The notes below the pieces were generated by a model. That model saw nothing but the letters and a program-made list of their open reading frames with translations. It ran no database searches and had not been told where the DNA came from. A stretch of DNA of 64,000 nt from Phycisphaerae bacterium. Lineage in GTDB: Bacteria > Planctomycetota > Phycisphaerae > WQYP01. The stretch covers positions 78,134-142,133 of the forward strand of contig DASZZD010000013.1 in assembly GCA_035545015.1 (NCBI GenBank). Direction: 5' to 3'. Shown one piece after another: positions 49,501-58,418 of the stretch (within the stretch, counting starts at the first letter, position 1; each line of letters starts with the position of its first letter). Position numbers and translations under genes: made by a program.

Positions 49501-51076
49501 CCGGCATCTTCTGAATCAGCTTCGCCGCCGCGTCATTCGCGTTCACCGCCACCAGCAGCCCCGCCAGTTCCCCCCGCGCATCCGCAGGCAACTGCGGGTC
49601 CTCCGACAGCCCCACCAGCATCTGCCGCGCCTGTTCCTCCTGCCCGTGCGACCGCAAGCTGTCGCACGTCACCGCCCACGCCGGCATGAAATAGTGGTCC
49701 TCCCGGATGATGTCCAGCGCCAGAATTTGCGCCGCCGACGTATTCCCGTCCCGCATCTCCGTCCGCAGCAACTCCCGCTTCGCCAGCGCATAGTTCGCGT
49801 CCAACTGCACCGCCTTGCGAAACGCCTCCTCCGCCCCCTTGTAATCCCCCGCATCCGTGTCCGCCATCCCCAGCACATACCACACCTGCGGTATGTTCGC
49901 ATAGCTCGCCGTCAGCGGCATGATCATCGCCAGCGCATCGCTCGTCTTCTTCTCCTTCAGCCGCGCGTTAATCGCCAAAATCTGCCCGTCTATGTCCGAA
50001 TCCTTACTCCCAATCGCCTTTTGCGCCATCTTGTCCGCCCCCTGCGTGTCCCCCTGCTCCAGCAGCACCTGCCCCAGCGCCACCGTCACCTTCGTGTCCT
50101 CCGGATGCTCCTTCAGATACCCCTCCAGCACCTCCCGCGCCGCGCTCAACCGCTTCCCCTCCGCCGGCTGCGTCCCCGTGTCCGCGATGTGCACGTTCGC
50201 CGCCGTGATCGCCAGCCCCTGCGACACCGCCTTCTCTCCGCCCTCCTTCACCACCCGCTCATACACCGCCAGCGCATCGCCATAGCGATGGTCCTGGTAC
50301 TCATAATCCGCCAGCAGCCGCGGCGCACGGGCATCCTTCGGATCCAGCTTCCACGCCTCCTGCAAAAGCGCCAACGCCTTCTTCTCCCGCTCGCCTGCCG
50401 GCTCCTTGTACTCCGCCAGCTCGTTCTGCGCCTGGCCGATCGCCGTCTGATTCCCCGCCAGCGTCGCCGCCTGCAATTCTCCCTGCGCCGCCGAACGCCC
50501 CTCATCCTCCAGCGTCTCATACAGCCGGTCCAACTGCGCCTCGCCCACCAGGTTCCGCGCCTCCCGCGGCAACTTCTCCAGGCTCGCTATCCCCGTGTCG
50601 ATCGTCTGAAAAATCTCCTTCCGCGTCGACAGCGACAACGGCTTGATCGCCGTCTGATACTTCCGAAACGCCGGATGCACGTACGTCTGCTGCAGATTGT
50701 CCAGCGCTTCCGCGTTCCCCGGCGACATCTTCAGCGCTTCCTGCACGTACTCCTGCGCATCGGCCTCGCGCCCGTCCTCGATCAACGCCTCCGCCAGCAG
50801 GTTCCTGATCCGCACCCCCGCGTCCCCCGCGGGATTCTTCTTCACCGCCTGCGTCAGAAAATCCACCGCCCGCTTCGTGTCGTGCTGCCCCAGCGCCAGT
50901 TCCCCCTTCTTCGCCAGCGCCGATGGCGTGTGATTGTGCCAGTACATGTAGCCGCCGCCCCCCGCCAGCACCACCGCCGCCGCTGCCGCCGCGCCCAGCA
51001 TCAGGTTCCGCGCCGCCAGCCCGCGACGCTCCGCCTTCTCAAACGGATGCCTCGTCATCGCACTTTTCATCGCCAT
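46535..51076 (-). CDS. giant TPR-repeat protein (1514 aa) with an N-terminal TM segment; resembles PEP-CTERM-system PrsT-like TPR proteins
   Basis: gagga RBS with ATG at 51076. TM segment LMLGAAAAAAVVLAGGGGYMYW followed by dozens of TPR units. Confidence 0.7.
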   Translation of the reverse strand: MAMKSAMTRHPFEKAERRGLAARNLMLGAAAAAAVVLAGGGGYMYWHNHTPSALAKKGELALGQHDTKRAVDFLTQAVKKNPAGDAGVRIRNLLAEALIEDGREADAQEYVQEALKMSPGNAEALDNLQQTYVHPAFRKYQTAIKPLSLSTRKEIFQTIDTGIASLEKLPREARNLVGEAQLDRLYETLEDEGRSAAQGELQAATLAGNQTAIGQAQNELAEYKEPAGEREKKALALLQEAWKLDPKDARAPRLLADYEYQDHRYGDALAVYERVVKEGGEKAVSQGLAITAANVHIADTGTQPAEGKRLSAAREVLEGYLKEHPEDTKVTVALGQVLLEQGDTQGADKMAQKAIGSKDSDIDGQILAINARLKEKKTSDALAMIMPLTASYANIPQVWYVLGMADTDAGDYKGAEEAFRKAVQLDANYALAKRELLRTEMRDGNTSAAQILALDIIREDHYFMPAWAVTCDSLRSHGQEEQARQMLVGLSEDPQLPADARGELAGLLVAVNANDAAAKLIQKMPANDPTTQRLEAEIALSSGNRVEARKMLASAVEADPKNVALRLEYASVLAGSGLSADARGQLDEAAKGSLTPDEATRVARGYLTLRLPERAEAVLKPVLAKGKPSEATELEAQAQAMMEGQAPPAATETANAGTASDPLRAANAALDRKDPGAALTIARNALTKDPNNAGLHLAAARALGSMGKEEEAAKEALAGAGNKPNDLQAYATFVSLFPTADAALRGIGFGQQLQGINGALAEWAIGKLYETAGKPDLAMKDYLHGLDASSRLTESRPARDALYTAILDLDASQKNAAAVKKDADTYAEKDAYFAPGLRLMASDKLLALGDREGSEKELDQLAGNLAADAPAPLVLALVQRQVTMGQADKAEAILKPRATAAGADPQLLDAYATLLETTKPEEALKVRQSLVARDGSNPHYRISLAQTQAAMGDAPGALATLDETKSMGATGKELATSARLRYLISMGLLKEAAAELAGDAGSAKDFASMLAVGRGWEELKRPDEARKELEQIPAYAGEYPAARIALAALDTEAGNPDKGAAALEELSKSSAAAAQQASVPLFHTLLRADKAPAAMELALAQRTQTLANSQQWQQWTLLAAMAAREGKDYAGAVKLLESMDKDSVAASAIDLALLNLLDGKKKEAEAAQGLKDDAPTFNKTFVGLEVGTGKGEKRVLAEGVPSIVIATVAAMPPGDRSGALAEIAKNPRVFPQDIQKILEEAGNGPEAAGRLMKLALANRVLEAGWSTAAVDVANQLEKDGGPALTDALILKEQSLTLLARTSEANQVRDQIAAKFKAGDDVPGVRVLLAASWSKEGKNAEALEMLKPLEATGRADVLTALASLDEKLGRLDDAVALDRKIRAAAPDDVAAANNLAYMLAAAHPEDKGALAEAKKDIEFAVSKAPQVPVFQDTLGWIEILSGEAGDGTKRVAKVLPALRLDPAVHYHLGVGYAKLGQAGLARMHLEDVGALAGTSAEGKVPEVAMAVEALKTLQ

Positions 51077-51149
51077 GCTCGTTTCCTCAAAGTGTCGCCC
51101 CGCACCCTCCCGCGAAATCACGCCCCCGCCGCCCGCGCCGCCCCCGGCC

Positions 51150-51884
51150 CTACGGCGCCGGATTCAACCGGTCCCGTATGTACGGAAACGTCACCGCCAG
51201 CAAGGCATCCACCCGCGCCCGCGCCGCCTCCAGTCCCGGACCGCTCGACGAGTTGTCACCGATCGGCGCCGAATACCGGATCAACGCCCCCGCCGCATTC
51301 TGCCCCGTCAACCCGTTCCACACGATCTTCGCTTGCTGCCAGTAAAACGACGGCGTGAACGAATCCCCGCACTTGTAAAAATACGCGTAATACACGTATC
51401 GGCCGTCACCATCCGCCGTCACCAGCTCCCGCACCGTCAGCGGCGTCCCCGCGACCCTCTCCTGCCGGTCCCCACGCATCACAATCCGGCTCCCATTGCC
51501 CTCCAGACATACGTCCGGCGGATGCGTCCCCTTCCGGTTGTCCTCCGAAAATATCACGCACAAATCCACCGGCGCCCCCTCCCCGTCCTGATACGTCCGG
51601 TACACGTAATCGTGCGTCTCCAATATGTCCATCTCCGCGTCCGAAAACGTGTTCCGCGTCGATGTCCATACATCCCCCCCCGCGCCCTTCGCCCCTGCCT
51701 CATCGATCGTCGCCGGGATCGCCTGCGCCGCTATGTCCGATTTCTGCGTCGCCCGCGCTTCGCTCACCACCAGCAGCACCGTCAGCAGAATCACCGGCGC
51801 GATGATCCCCGACAGCACCAGCGCACGCTTCCCCAACTGCGAAACCGTCCCCGCATCCTGAATTGGCTCTTCTGTATCGCCCAT
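51150..51884 (-). CDS. EpsI-family (exosortase-associated) protein, putative
   Basis: N-terminal TM segment, then DYVYRTYQDGEGAPVDLCVIF...THPPDVCLEGNGS, which resembles the EpsI signature (Y..Y..g.pv.l.vay...Q...g.e.HsP..CLpG.GW). Confidence 0.5.
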   Translation of the reverse strand: MGDTEEPIQDAGTVSQLGKRALVLSGIIAPVILLTVLLVVSEARATQKSDIAAQAIPATIDEAGAKGAGGDVWTSTRNTFSDAEMDILETHDYVYRTYQDGEGAPVDLCVIFSEDNRKGTHPPDVCLEGNGSRIVMRGDRQERVAGTPLTVRELVTADGDGRYVYYAYFYKCGDSFTPSFYWQQAKIVWNGLTGQNAAGALIRYSAPIGDNSSSGPGLEAARARVDALLAVTFPYIRDRLNPAP

Positions 51885-52079
51885 AACCGCACTCTTCCCA
51901 CGAAACGGCCCACTCCAGCACTACGCACCCGCTCACCCCCAGGATTGCCCCCACCCCGCCTTATCTCATCTTCCACTCATCGGACCGCCCCCCAATCAAA
52001 AAACCGCACTTCCCCTCAGGCCGATTCCGGGTATACTACCGCTCAGCCACCATTCAAACACCTAACAACGCTTCGGGCC

Positions 52080-52469
52080 ATGACCACGCACAATCTTCTA
52101 TCCCGCGATCCCGCCGACTGCCACCTCCTCCTGGTCGATGACCACGCGGATACCCTCCTCGCCGTCGGCAAATATCTCCGCCAGTGCGGATACGTCGTCC
52201 ACACCGCCGCCACCTTCGCCCAAGCCCTTGAGATCGCCTTAGCCCATCCCATCCATGTCCTTGTCACCGATATCGGCCTCCCCGATGGCGACGGCTGCGA
52301 TCTCCTTACTGAAATCCGCGCCTCCCGCCCTATCCGTGGCCTCGCCATCTCCGGTTACGGCATGTCCGAGGACATCGAACGCTGCACCCAGGCCGGCTTC
52401 GAAAAACACCTTCTCAAACCCATCAAGCCCGACGACCTCCGCTCCGCCATCGAAAACGCCTGCTCCTGA
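52080..52469 (+). CDS. single-domain response regulator (CheY-like receiver)
   Basis: LLVDDHADT...TDIGLPDGDG...KPIK receiver motifs. 129 aa. Confidence 0.8.
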   Translation: MTTHNLLSRDPADCHLLLVDDHADTLLAVGKYLRQCGYVVHTAATFAQALEIALAHPIHVLVTDIGLPDGDGCDLLTEIRASRPIRGLAISGYGMSEDIERCTQAGFEKHLLKPIKPDDLRSAIENACS

Positions 52470-52527
52470 AGTGCGCCCCTCCTCCCTCATGTCCCGCACG
52501 CCCGCCGCGCACCCCTCTCCTCACCCC

Positions 52528-55500
52528 TCACGGCAAGTTCCCCTTCCCCAAACTCGCCGTCCCGGGACCCTTCTCGCTGCTCCCCGTCATCTCGCCCGCG
52601 CCGCCGCCCGCCGCGAACACCGCCCAATCGTGCGTCGAAAAATACATCACCAGCTTCCCATCTTCCGCCCGCCACGACCCGTGCCCCCCTTGGTCCGTCA
52701 GCACCGAGCCATCCGCCGCGAGAGTCCACACCGCCGCCCCTCCTCCAACGTGCGCCTGCCACTGTCCCACAAACGCGGCCCCCTCATCCGCCGGCAACTT
52801 CTCCGCCGCCAGCGCCGCTGGATCCGCCCCGATGTGCTTCGCCGCTTCCCACGCCATCGCGTAATTCTCCCCCGCCGTGCCGCCGCCGTGTAACGCCCGC
52901 TTCAGCAGCGGCAACGCCTCCGCCTTGCGCCCCGTCGCCGCCAGCAGGATCGCCGTCTCCGAAAGCTCCGCCGGCGCATCCTCCCCACGCCAATCCGCCT
53001 CCCGCAGCACCGCCAGATGGTCCAGCGCAAACCCCACCTGGTTCCCCCGCGCCGCCGCCGCCAGCTCCCTCCCGAACGGCTTCTTGAAGTTCTCCATCTC
53101 CGTCAGGCCGTGCTCCAGCGCCCGTGGGTCTTTCGCCAGCGCCGCCAGCGCCGCATAAATCGCCCAGTCGTTCACATCGAACCCGTGCTCCCCGTGGGCA
53201 TAACTTTTCAACGCCTTCCGCCAATCCCCCGCCGCCACCGCCGTCCACGCATTATCCGCCGCCTCCGGATGCTTCTGCGCATATGCCTCCGCCAATCCCT
53301 TGGCCTCCTCCAGCGACCCGTCCCCCGTCCGCGCCGCCCACAACTCCCACAGCCCCGCCGTCGACGGGTACAACGCCGCGTTCCGCCGCTCCCACTGCGC
53401 CGCTTCCTCCCGATTTCCCATCCGCTCCTGGCACGCCGCCGCAATCATGTAACCCCACGACGAATCACTGTCGGCCGCGTATTTCGCGTACAGCCACCCC
53501 TCGTCCGCGTGTCCCCCCGCGATCAACGCCCGCGCCGCCTGAAACGCCAGCTCCTGCGACTCCATCACCTTCGCATTGCTCACCGCCAGACCCTGGTCCG
53601 CGATGTCTTTCGCCGCGCTCACGTTCCCCATGTGCAGATACGCCTCCACCAGCGGCTGGGCCACCCGCACCGTCGGATCCTCCTTCATCGCGCCCGCCAT
53701 CATCCCGATCCCCTCCTTGAAATCGTTCAGGTCGCACGCCCACTCTCCCGCATCGCCCATCACCCGCGGCCGGGTCGCGAAATGCGCCTCCGCCTCCGCG
53801 ATCACCTTCTGCGCCGCCGCCGGATTCTCACGCCGCTTCTCCACCCCGTAATGCTCCAACCACCCCGCGAACAACAGCGCCGAATAAGGACTCTCCCGCC
53901 GCGCCGCCTCCAGCCGGTCCACATCCTCCGGGTCCTTAATCGAATCGATCACGTGCGGTGAATAATCCAATGCCGTCGCATCCAGCGACGCCAGCGCGCT
54001 GGAAAACCAGTTCATGTTGATCCTGTGCCACAGGTCCGTCTCCACGAACACGTTGTCGTACGTCCACCTCCCCGTATCCCGCGGATGCCATTTCTTGTAC
54101 GCATTCACCAGCCCCGTCCCCGCCTGCTCGTCATTCACCAGCATCGCCCCGATAAACGCCGCGTGCGGATGCCCCTTCCACGCCGGCGCCACCGCCTCGA
54201 TCCGCGCCCGTATCGCATCATCCGGACCTTCCCACCTTTGCCGCGCGCTGATCCCGATCTCCGCCGCCGCCACGAACCCCTCATCTCGAACCAGCAGCCC
54301 CAGCAGCCCCAGCGACGGCTCCCCCGCATCCTCCGCCCCCGCCTTCGACAGCGCCTCCGCCATCGCCGCCGTTTGCGCCGCCGCCACCCCGGCCCCGCTC
54401 GGCCCGCCCGCCCCATCCGCCGCCGCCACCTCCTTCAACCCCATCCTCTCGATCGCCCCCCGCACCTCCGCCGGCACCGCCGCCATCAGCTCCTCCGGCT
54501 CGCTCAGCACCACCTCCAGAATGTCCGTGTGCCACTCCACCTGCCTCAAAAACGTGCTCTTCGGCAGCACCTCCAGGCAGTCCGTCGCGATGTCCTTCGC
54601 CCGGTCCGGACCCGACGAATCCCGCGCTATCCCCGCCGCCAGAACCGTCGCCAGCTCCCGGCACGGACGCCCCTCCACCCCCTCCGACAGCTCCCCATCC
54701 AGGTCATACCGGCACCAGCAGTCGATCGCCGCCTTCCACTCCGGCGACGTTCCCGCCTTCTGCAAATCCTCCTCGGCCAGCCGCTGCAACCCCGCCAGCG
54801 CACGCGCATACGCTCGCGCCTCCAGCGACGCCGCCGACCCCTTCTCGTGCACCACCAGCCGCTCCGCATACAACAGCGAACGCGCCGCAAATACCTTCGA
54901 ATCCGCATTCCACAAAAACTGCGTCAAAAATCCCAGGTTCGCATACCCCCGCACCAGCGCCGCCACGCGCTCCACCGACGCTCCCTTCTCCCGCATCTCC
55001 CCATGCAGCAGCCGCACCGCCTCATACTGCGACTCCGGATCCATCCGCTTCAGCGCCGCCAAGGCCTCCGCCCCGGGCGCGCCGTTCCCCCACGCCGTCG
55101 GCGCCTCCGGCTCCCCGCGCATCACCCCCGTCTTCCGCAGCAGCTCCACAAAATCCGTCCGCGATTGCCGCTCCGCCTCGCTCGTAAACGCCGCATAATC
55201 CACCAGCCCCTTCCCCAGCTTGAACTCCGCCTGTCCCACCGCCGCCGCCGCTTTCGCCTCCGCCCCCGTCGCCGCCTTCTCACCCTTCTTCGCCGGCATC
55301 GACAGCACCACCAGCGACCGCTCCCCGCGTATGTTGTGCGTCACGATGTTCAGCATCGTCCCATCCCCATCCAGCCGCTCCCCCAACGCCGCATCCCGCG
55401 TCCGCAATCCCAGCTCCTCCCGCGCCGCCAGCAACACCGCCTGCCGCTCCAGCTCCCGGCACAGCAGGCCCCCGAACACCTTCCCCTCCGCCTCCGCTCC

Positions 55501-55617
55501 GCTTACCTCCTGCGCCGAGAGACCCACCTCCGCCCGCAGCTCCGCCCCCCACGCCCCGCTTCCCGCCGCCAGCACCGCCCACGCCACCACCACTGCCCGC
55601 CAGTCCCAACGTGCCAT
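52528..55617 (-). CDS. large secreted hypothetical protein (1030 aa), Ala/Trp-rich alpha-helical repeats
   Basis: ggaggtgg RBS. Signal peptide MARWDWRAVVVAWAVLAAGSGAWGAE. No recognisable catalytic motifs. Confidence 0.55.
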   Translation of the reverse strand: MARWDWRAVVVAWAVLAAGSGAWGAELRAEVGLSAQEVSGAEAEGKVFGGLLCRELERQAVLLAAREELGLRTRDAALGERLDGDGTMLNIVTHNIRGERSLVVLSMPAKKGEKAATGAEAKAAAAVGQAEFKLGKGLVDYAAFTSEAERQSRTDFVELLRKTGVMRGEPEAPTAWGNGAPGAEALAALKRMDPESQYEAVRLLHGEMREKGASVERVAALVRGYANLGFLTQFLWNADSKVFAARSLLYAERLVVHEKGSAASLEARAYARALAGLQRLAEEDLQKAGTSPEWKAAIDCWCRYDLDGELSEGVEGRPCRELATVLAAGIARDSSGPDRAKDIATDCLEVLPKSTFLRQVEWHTDILEVVLSEPEELMAAVPAEVRGAIERMGLKEVAAADGAGGPSGAGVAAAQTAAMAEALSKAGAEDAGEPSLGLLGLLVRDEGFVAAAEIGISARQRWEGPDDAIRARIEAVAPAWKGHPHAAFIGAMLVNDEQAGTGLVNAYKKWHPRDTGRWTYDNVFVETDLWHRINMNWFSSALASLDATALDYSPHVIDSIKDPEDVDRLEAARRESPYSALLFAGWLEHYGVEKRRENPAAAQKVIAEAEAHFATRPRVMGDAGEWACDLNDFKEGIGMMAGAMKEDPTVRVAQPLVEAYLHMGNVSAAKDIADQGLAVSNAKVMESQELAFQAARALIAGGHADEGWLYAKYAADSDSSWGYMIAAACQERMGNREEAAQWERRNAALYPSTAGLWELWAARTGDGSLEEAKGLAEAYAQKHPEAADNAWTAVAAGDWRKALKSYAHGEHGFDVNDWAIYAALAALAKDPRALEHGLTEMENFKKPFGRELAAAARGNQVGFALDHLAVLREADWRGEDAPAELSETAILLAATGRKAEALPLLKRALHGGGTAGENYAMAWEAAKHIGADPAALAAEKLPADEGAAFVGQWQAHVGGGAAVWTLAADGSVLTDQGGHGSWRAEDGKLVMYFSTHDWAVFAAGGGAGEMTGSSEKGPGTASLGKGNLP

Positions 55618-55793
55618 GCGCCACCTCCTTGGCTCCCTCCCGTCCCACCCCCGCCAGTCCCTCCAACGACCCGCCGGCGCTGCCATTGCCAGCCTTCTTC
55701 TTTACGCAACGCCCGCCACTTCGTACACTCACGGGTCTCTGGCCGCACGTGCGGCCAGTTTTCCCTCCCACTCCAACCCTGCGAGATCACCCC

Positions 55794-56666
55794 ATGGCGG
55801 AAATCACTGCAAAAATGGTCAACGAACTCCGGCAACGCACCAACGCCCCCATGATGGACGCCAAACGCGCCCTCGTCGACGCCGCCGGCGACATCGAAAA
55901 AGCCGCCGAACTCCTCCGCGAACGCGGCGCCGCCTCCGCTGATAAAAAACTCGCCAACGAAATGAAGGAAGGCCTCGTCTCCGGACGCATCTCCACCGAC
56001 GGCAAGCTCGGCGTACTCCTCCGCCTCGGCTGCCAGACCGACTTCGTCGCTCGCAACGACGGCTTCCTCAAGCTCCTCGGCGACCTCACCGACCTCGCCT
56101 TCGAAAACAACGTCAACGCCCCCGCCGACTTGAACCCCCTCACCTACCCCGATGGCTCCGGCCGCACCGTCGAACAGGTCATCAAGGAACTCATCGGCGG
56201 CACCATCAAGGAAAACATCGGCGTCACCGGCCTCGCACGCTTCTCCACCCCCAACGGCCGCGTCGAAAAATACGTCCACCACAACGCCAAGGTCGGCGCT
56301 CTCGTCCAGATCGACGGCTCCACCGATGACGCCGTCAAAGTCACCGCCGCCGAAATCGCCATGCACGTCACCGCCGCCGTCCCCCAGGTCGCCCTCGCCG
56401 TCGACCGCACCGGCCTCGACCCCGCCATCGTCGCCAGGGAAAAAGAGTCCGCCTCCGAAGGCACCGCCGGCAAACCCGCGAACATCATCGAAAAAATCGT
56501 TGCCGGCAAACTCGAAAAATACTTCCAGGACGTCGCCCTCGTCGATCAGCCCTTCATCAAAGATGACAAACGCCGCATCCGCGACCTCCTCACCGACACC
56601 GGCAAAGCCGTCGGCGCCGAAGTAAAAATCATCCGCTTCGCCCGCTTCAAAGTCGGCGAGGCGTGA
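55794..56666 (+). CDS. tsf: elongation factor Ts
   Basis: MAEITAKMVNELRQRTNAPMMDAKRAL and LGCQTDFVARN motifs. Confidence 0.9.
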   Translation: MAEITAKMVNELRQRTNAPMMDAKRALVDAAGDIEKAAELLRERGAASADKKLANEMKEGLVSGRISTDGKLGVLLRLGCQTDFVARNDGFLKLLGDLTDLAFENNVNAPADLNPLTYPDGSGRTVEQVIKELIGGTIKENIGVTGLARFSTPNGRVEKYVHHNAKVGALVQIDGSTDDAVKVTAAEIAMHVTAAVPQVALAVDRTGLDPAIVAREKESASEGTAGKPANIIEKIVAGKLEKYFQDVALVDQPFIKDDKRRIRDLLTDTGKAVGAEVKIIRFARFKVGEA

Positions 56667-56744
56667 TCGCGCGGCAATCACCCTTTTAGCGCCGTTGCAA
56701 CGCAACTCGGTGGCCAGGCGGCGAATGTAGGCGGTGCCGTGCAC

Positions 56745-56795
56745 CCGGCGAAGGGCCCGGGTTATTGCCATGCCCCGGGTGCCTTCGTCATTTCT
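56745..56795. terminator. possible bidirectional terminator hairpin (GCCCGGG...CCCGGG) between convergent tsf and the 56842 gene
   Basis: gggcccgggttattgccatgccccgggtgcc followed by a T-rich stretch on both strands. Confidence 0.3.
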
Positions 56796-56841
56796 AACCC
56801 CGCCCCACAACCACCCCACCGCTATTCCCGCCGGCACCCAT

Positions 56842-57588
56842 TTATTTCTTTAGCGTGCTCATCTCCAGAATCTGTCGACGCAACTCTTCGTCCGCCGTCG
56901 CACCCGCTAGAAACGCCTGAGCCGCCTTCACGTCGTACTTCTGCTGCACGATGTACGCCGCGAGAAACCTGCTGTAAGGCCCCGTGTAAATCCGCTTTTG
57001 ATGACGAACCTCCACCTGACGGTTCCGCCGCTCGATCACCTCGGCGCCCGCACGATCGGTCACAGGCGGCTCATGATCGAACTCCGGATCAATCTCCGAC
57101 TCCAAACCCTTCCACACAGACAGCCACAGCTTTAAACACTGCCCGGGGTTCGCTGCATCAACAGGCGAACCCACCCGCAGATACACCGCCAGCCGAAGCG
57201 CGATTTCCGTCGACGGCATGTGATCGCGCAGGCACATGAACGCAAGACTCTGCTTGTCCGTCATTGCCGCAGACTGATCGCGCAGCGAAACGTTGTCCAT
57301 CGCCATGCATAGCTCAGCGCAAATCTCCCCAACCTCATCCGGCGAAGCATTCGCATACTTGGTCAACAGGGTGCTCTTCAGGGCATCCACCTTCTCCAGC
57401 GATCCTGGCCCCGATCTATACAACGACCGAATCAGCAGAACCTCGTCGGCCACGCTCCCCCCGAGCAGCACCAGCGGTTGCGCCGGGGCAGCCTTCCTCT
57501 CCTGCGCGAAACACGGCGCCAACCAGAAGCCGCTGCCGAGCAAGGCAACAACCCACGTATTCCGCCGGATTCTTACGCTGATCGGCAT
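56842..57588 (-). CDS. hypothetical secreted protein
   Basis: Signal peptide MPISVRIRRNTWVVALLGSGFWLAPCFAQE. Confidence 0.45.
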   Translation of the reverse strand: MPISVRIRRNTWVVALLGSGFWLAPCFAQERKAAPAQPLVLLGGSVADEVLLIRSLYRSGPGSLEKVDALKSTLLTKYANASPDEVGEICAELCMAMDNVSLRDQSAAMTDKQSLAFMCLRDHMPSTEIALRLAVYLRVGSPVDAANPGQCLKLWLSVWKGLESEIDPEFDHEPPVTDRAGAEVIERRNRQVEVRHQKRIYTGPYSRFLAAYIVQQKYDVKAAQAFLAGATADEELRRQILEMSTLKK

Positions 57589-57774
57589 GATTGCCCAGCC
57601 CCCGCAATCTCGCCACCGCTCCCTCAAGCCGCTTCACTCCCGCAACCGAGCTTACCCCGCCGCCCTCCCGCGCATCCACAGAAATCTTTCCCGTCTATAA
57701 CGCGCCCCGCCCTTATCTCCATGCCACTATCCACCTGTCACACCAAACCACTCCCCGATACATTTATCGCTAGG

Positions 57775-58101
57775 TCAGTTGAGCGACGCTTCCATGATCC
57801 CCCGAAACGGCGCGATGGGCGCCCCCGGTGTGCCGCACGGAACCCGCCGCTGCCACGCATGCTGGGCCACGCGCTCCAGCGCGGAATCGTCAAAGTAGTT
57901 CCGAATCGCCATCCGAAAACCGGAAAATGCGTCCCGCGAGCGGAGGGTCACCCGGATCGTATCCCGTCCGTCCGGAGCGCGGTCCAGCTCGATGTGGATC
58001 GTCAGCGAGGAGCAGAGATCGCATGCCCGCCGAATCGTCGCCTCCCCAATGCTGATCGCCGTGCGAAGCAGCGGGTTGTTGATGTTCAGGCCATATTCCA
58101 T
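57775..58101 (-). CDS. small hypothetical protein (109 aa) divergent from the LysR-family regulator
   Basis: MEYGLNINNPLLRTAISIGEATIRRACDLCSSLTIHIELD... has no confident family assignment. Confidence 0.35.
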   Translation of the reverse strand: MEYGLNINNPLLRTAISIGEATIRRACDLCSSLTIHIELDRAPDGRDTIRVTLRSRDAFSGFRMAIRNYFDDSALERVAQHAWQRRVPCGTPGAPIAPFRGIMEASLN

Positions 58102-58418
58102 GGGTTGAGAATCCTCTGTTGGCCGGCGCCGGCGAACAGGAGCGCCGCCAGCGCCGCTATTGTCCGCGCTTCCTTTCAGCAATCGACGCGCCGCGCCGCC
58201 GCCTTGCCCCGCCCCCGCAAAAACCCCGCCAACACTCACCTATTCGATAAAACCGCAGAATATTTATGGAAAATCGCAATGTCGCCTGGATAGGAAAAAG
58301 CGAATCGGCGGGGTAAAGTTCCGGATTAATCGAAGTGCAAACGGCGCCCCTTTCCCCAACCCCGAGGCACGCCGCCTCGGCGGATCAATCCCCCTGCCGC
58401 CGCACTCCTGGAGGTCCC

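Noticed and set aside
47559-51358. Multiple plus-strand ORFs (up to 570 aa), Arg/Pro/Gln-rich
   Set aside because: Antisense to the giant TPR gene.
52255-56837. Pro/Arg-rich plus-strand ORFs (54025-55854, 54014-55198) and Gly-rich minus-strand ORF 55503-56837
   Set aside because: Shadow frames of the 1030-aa secreted protein gene and tsf.
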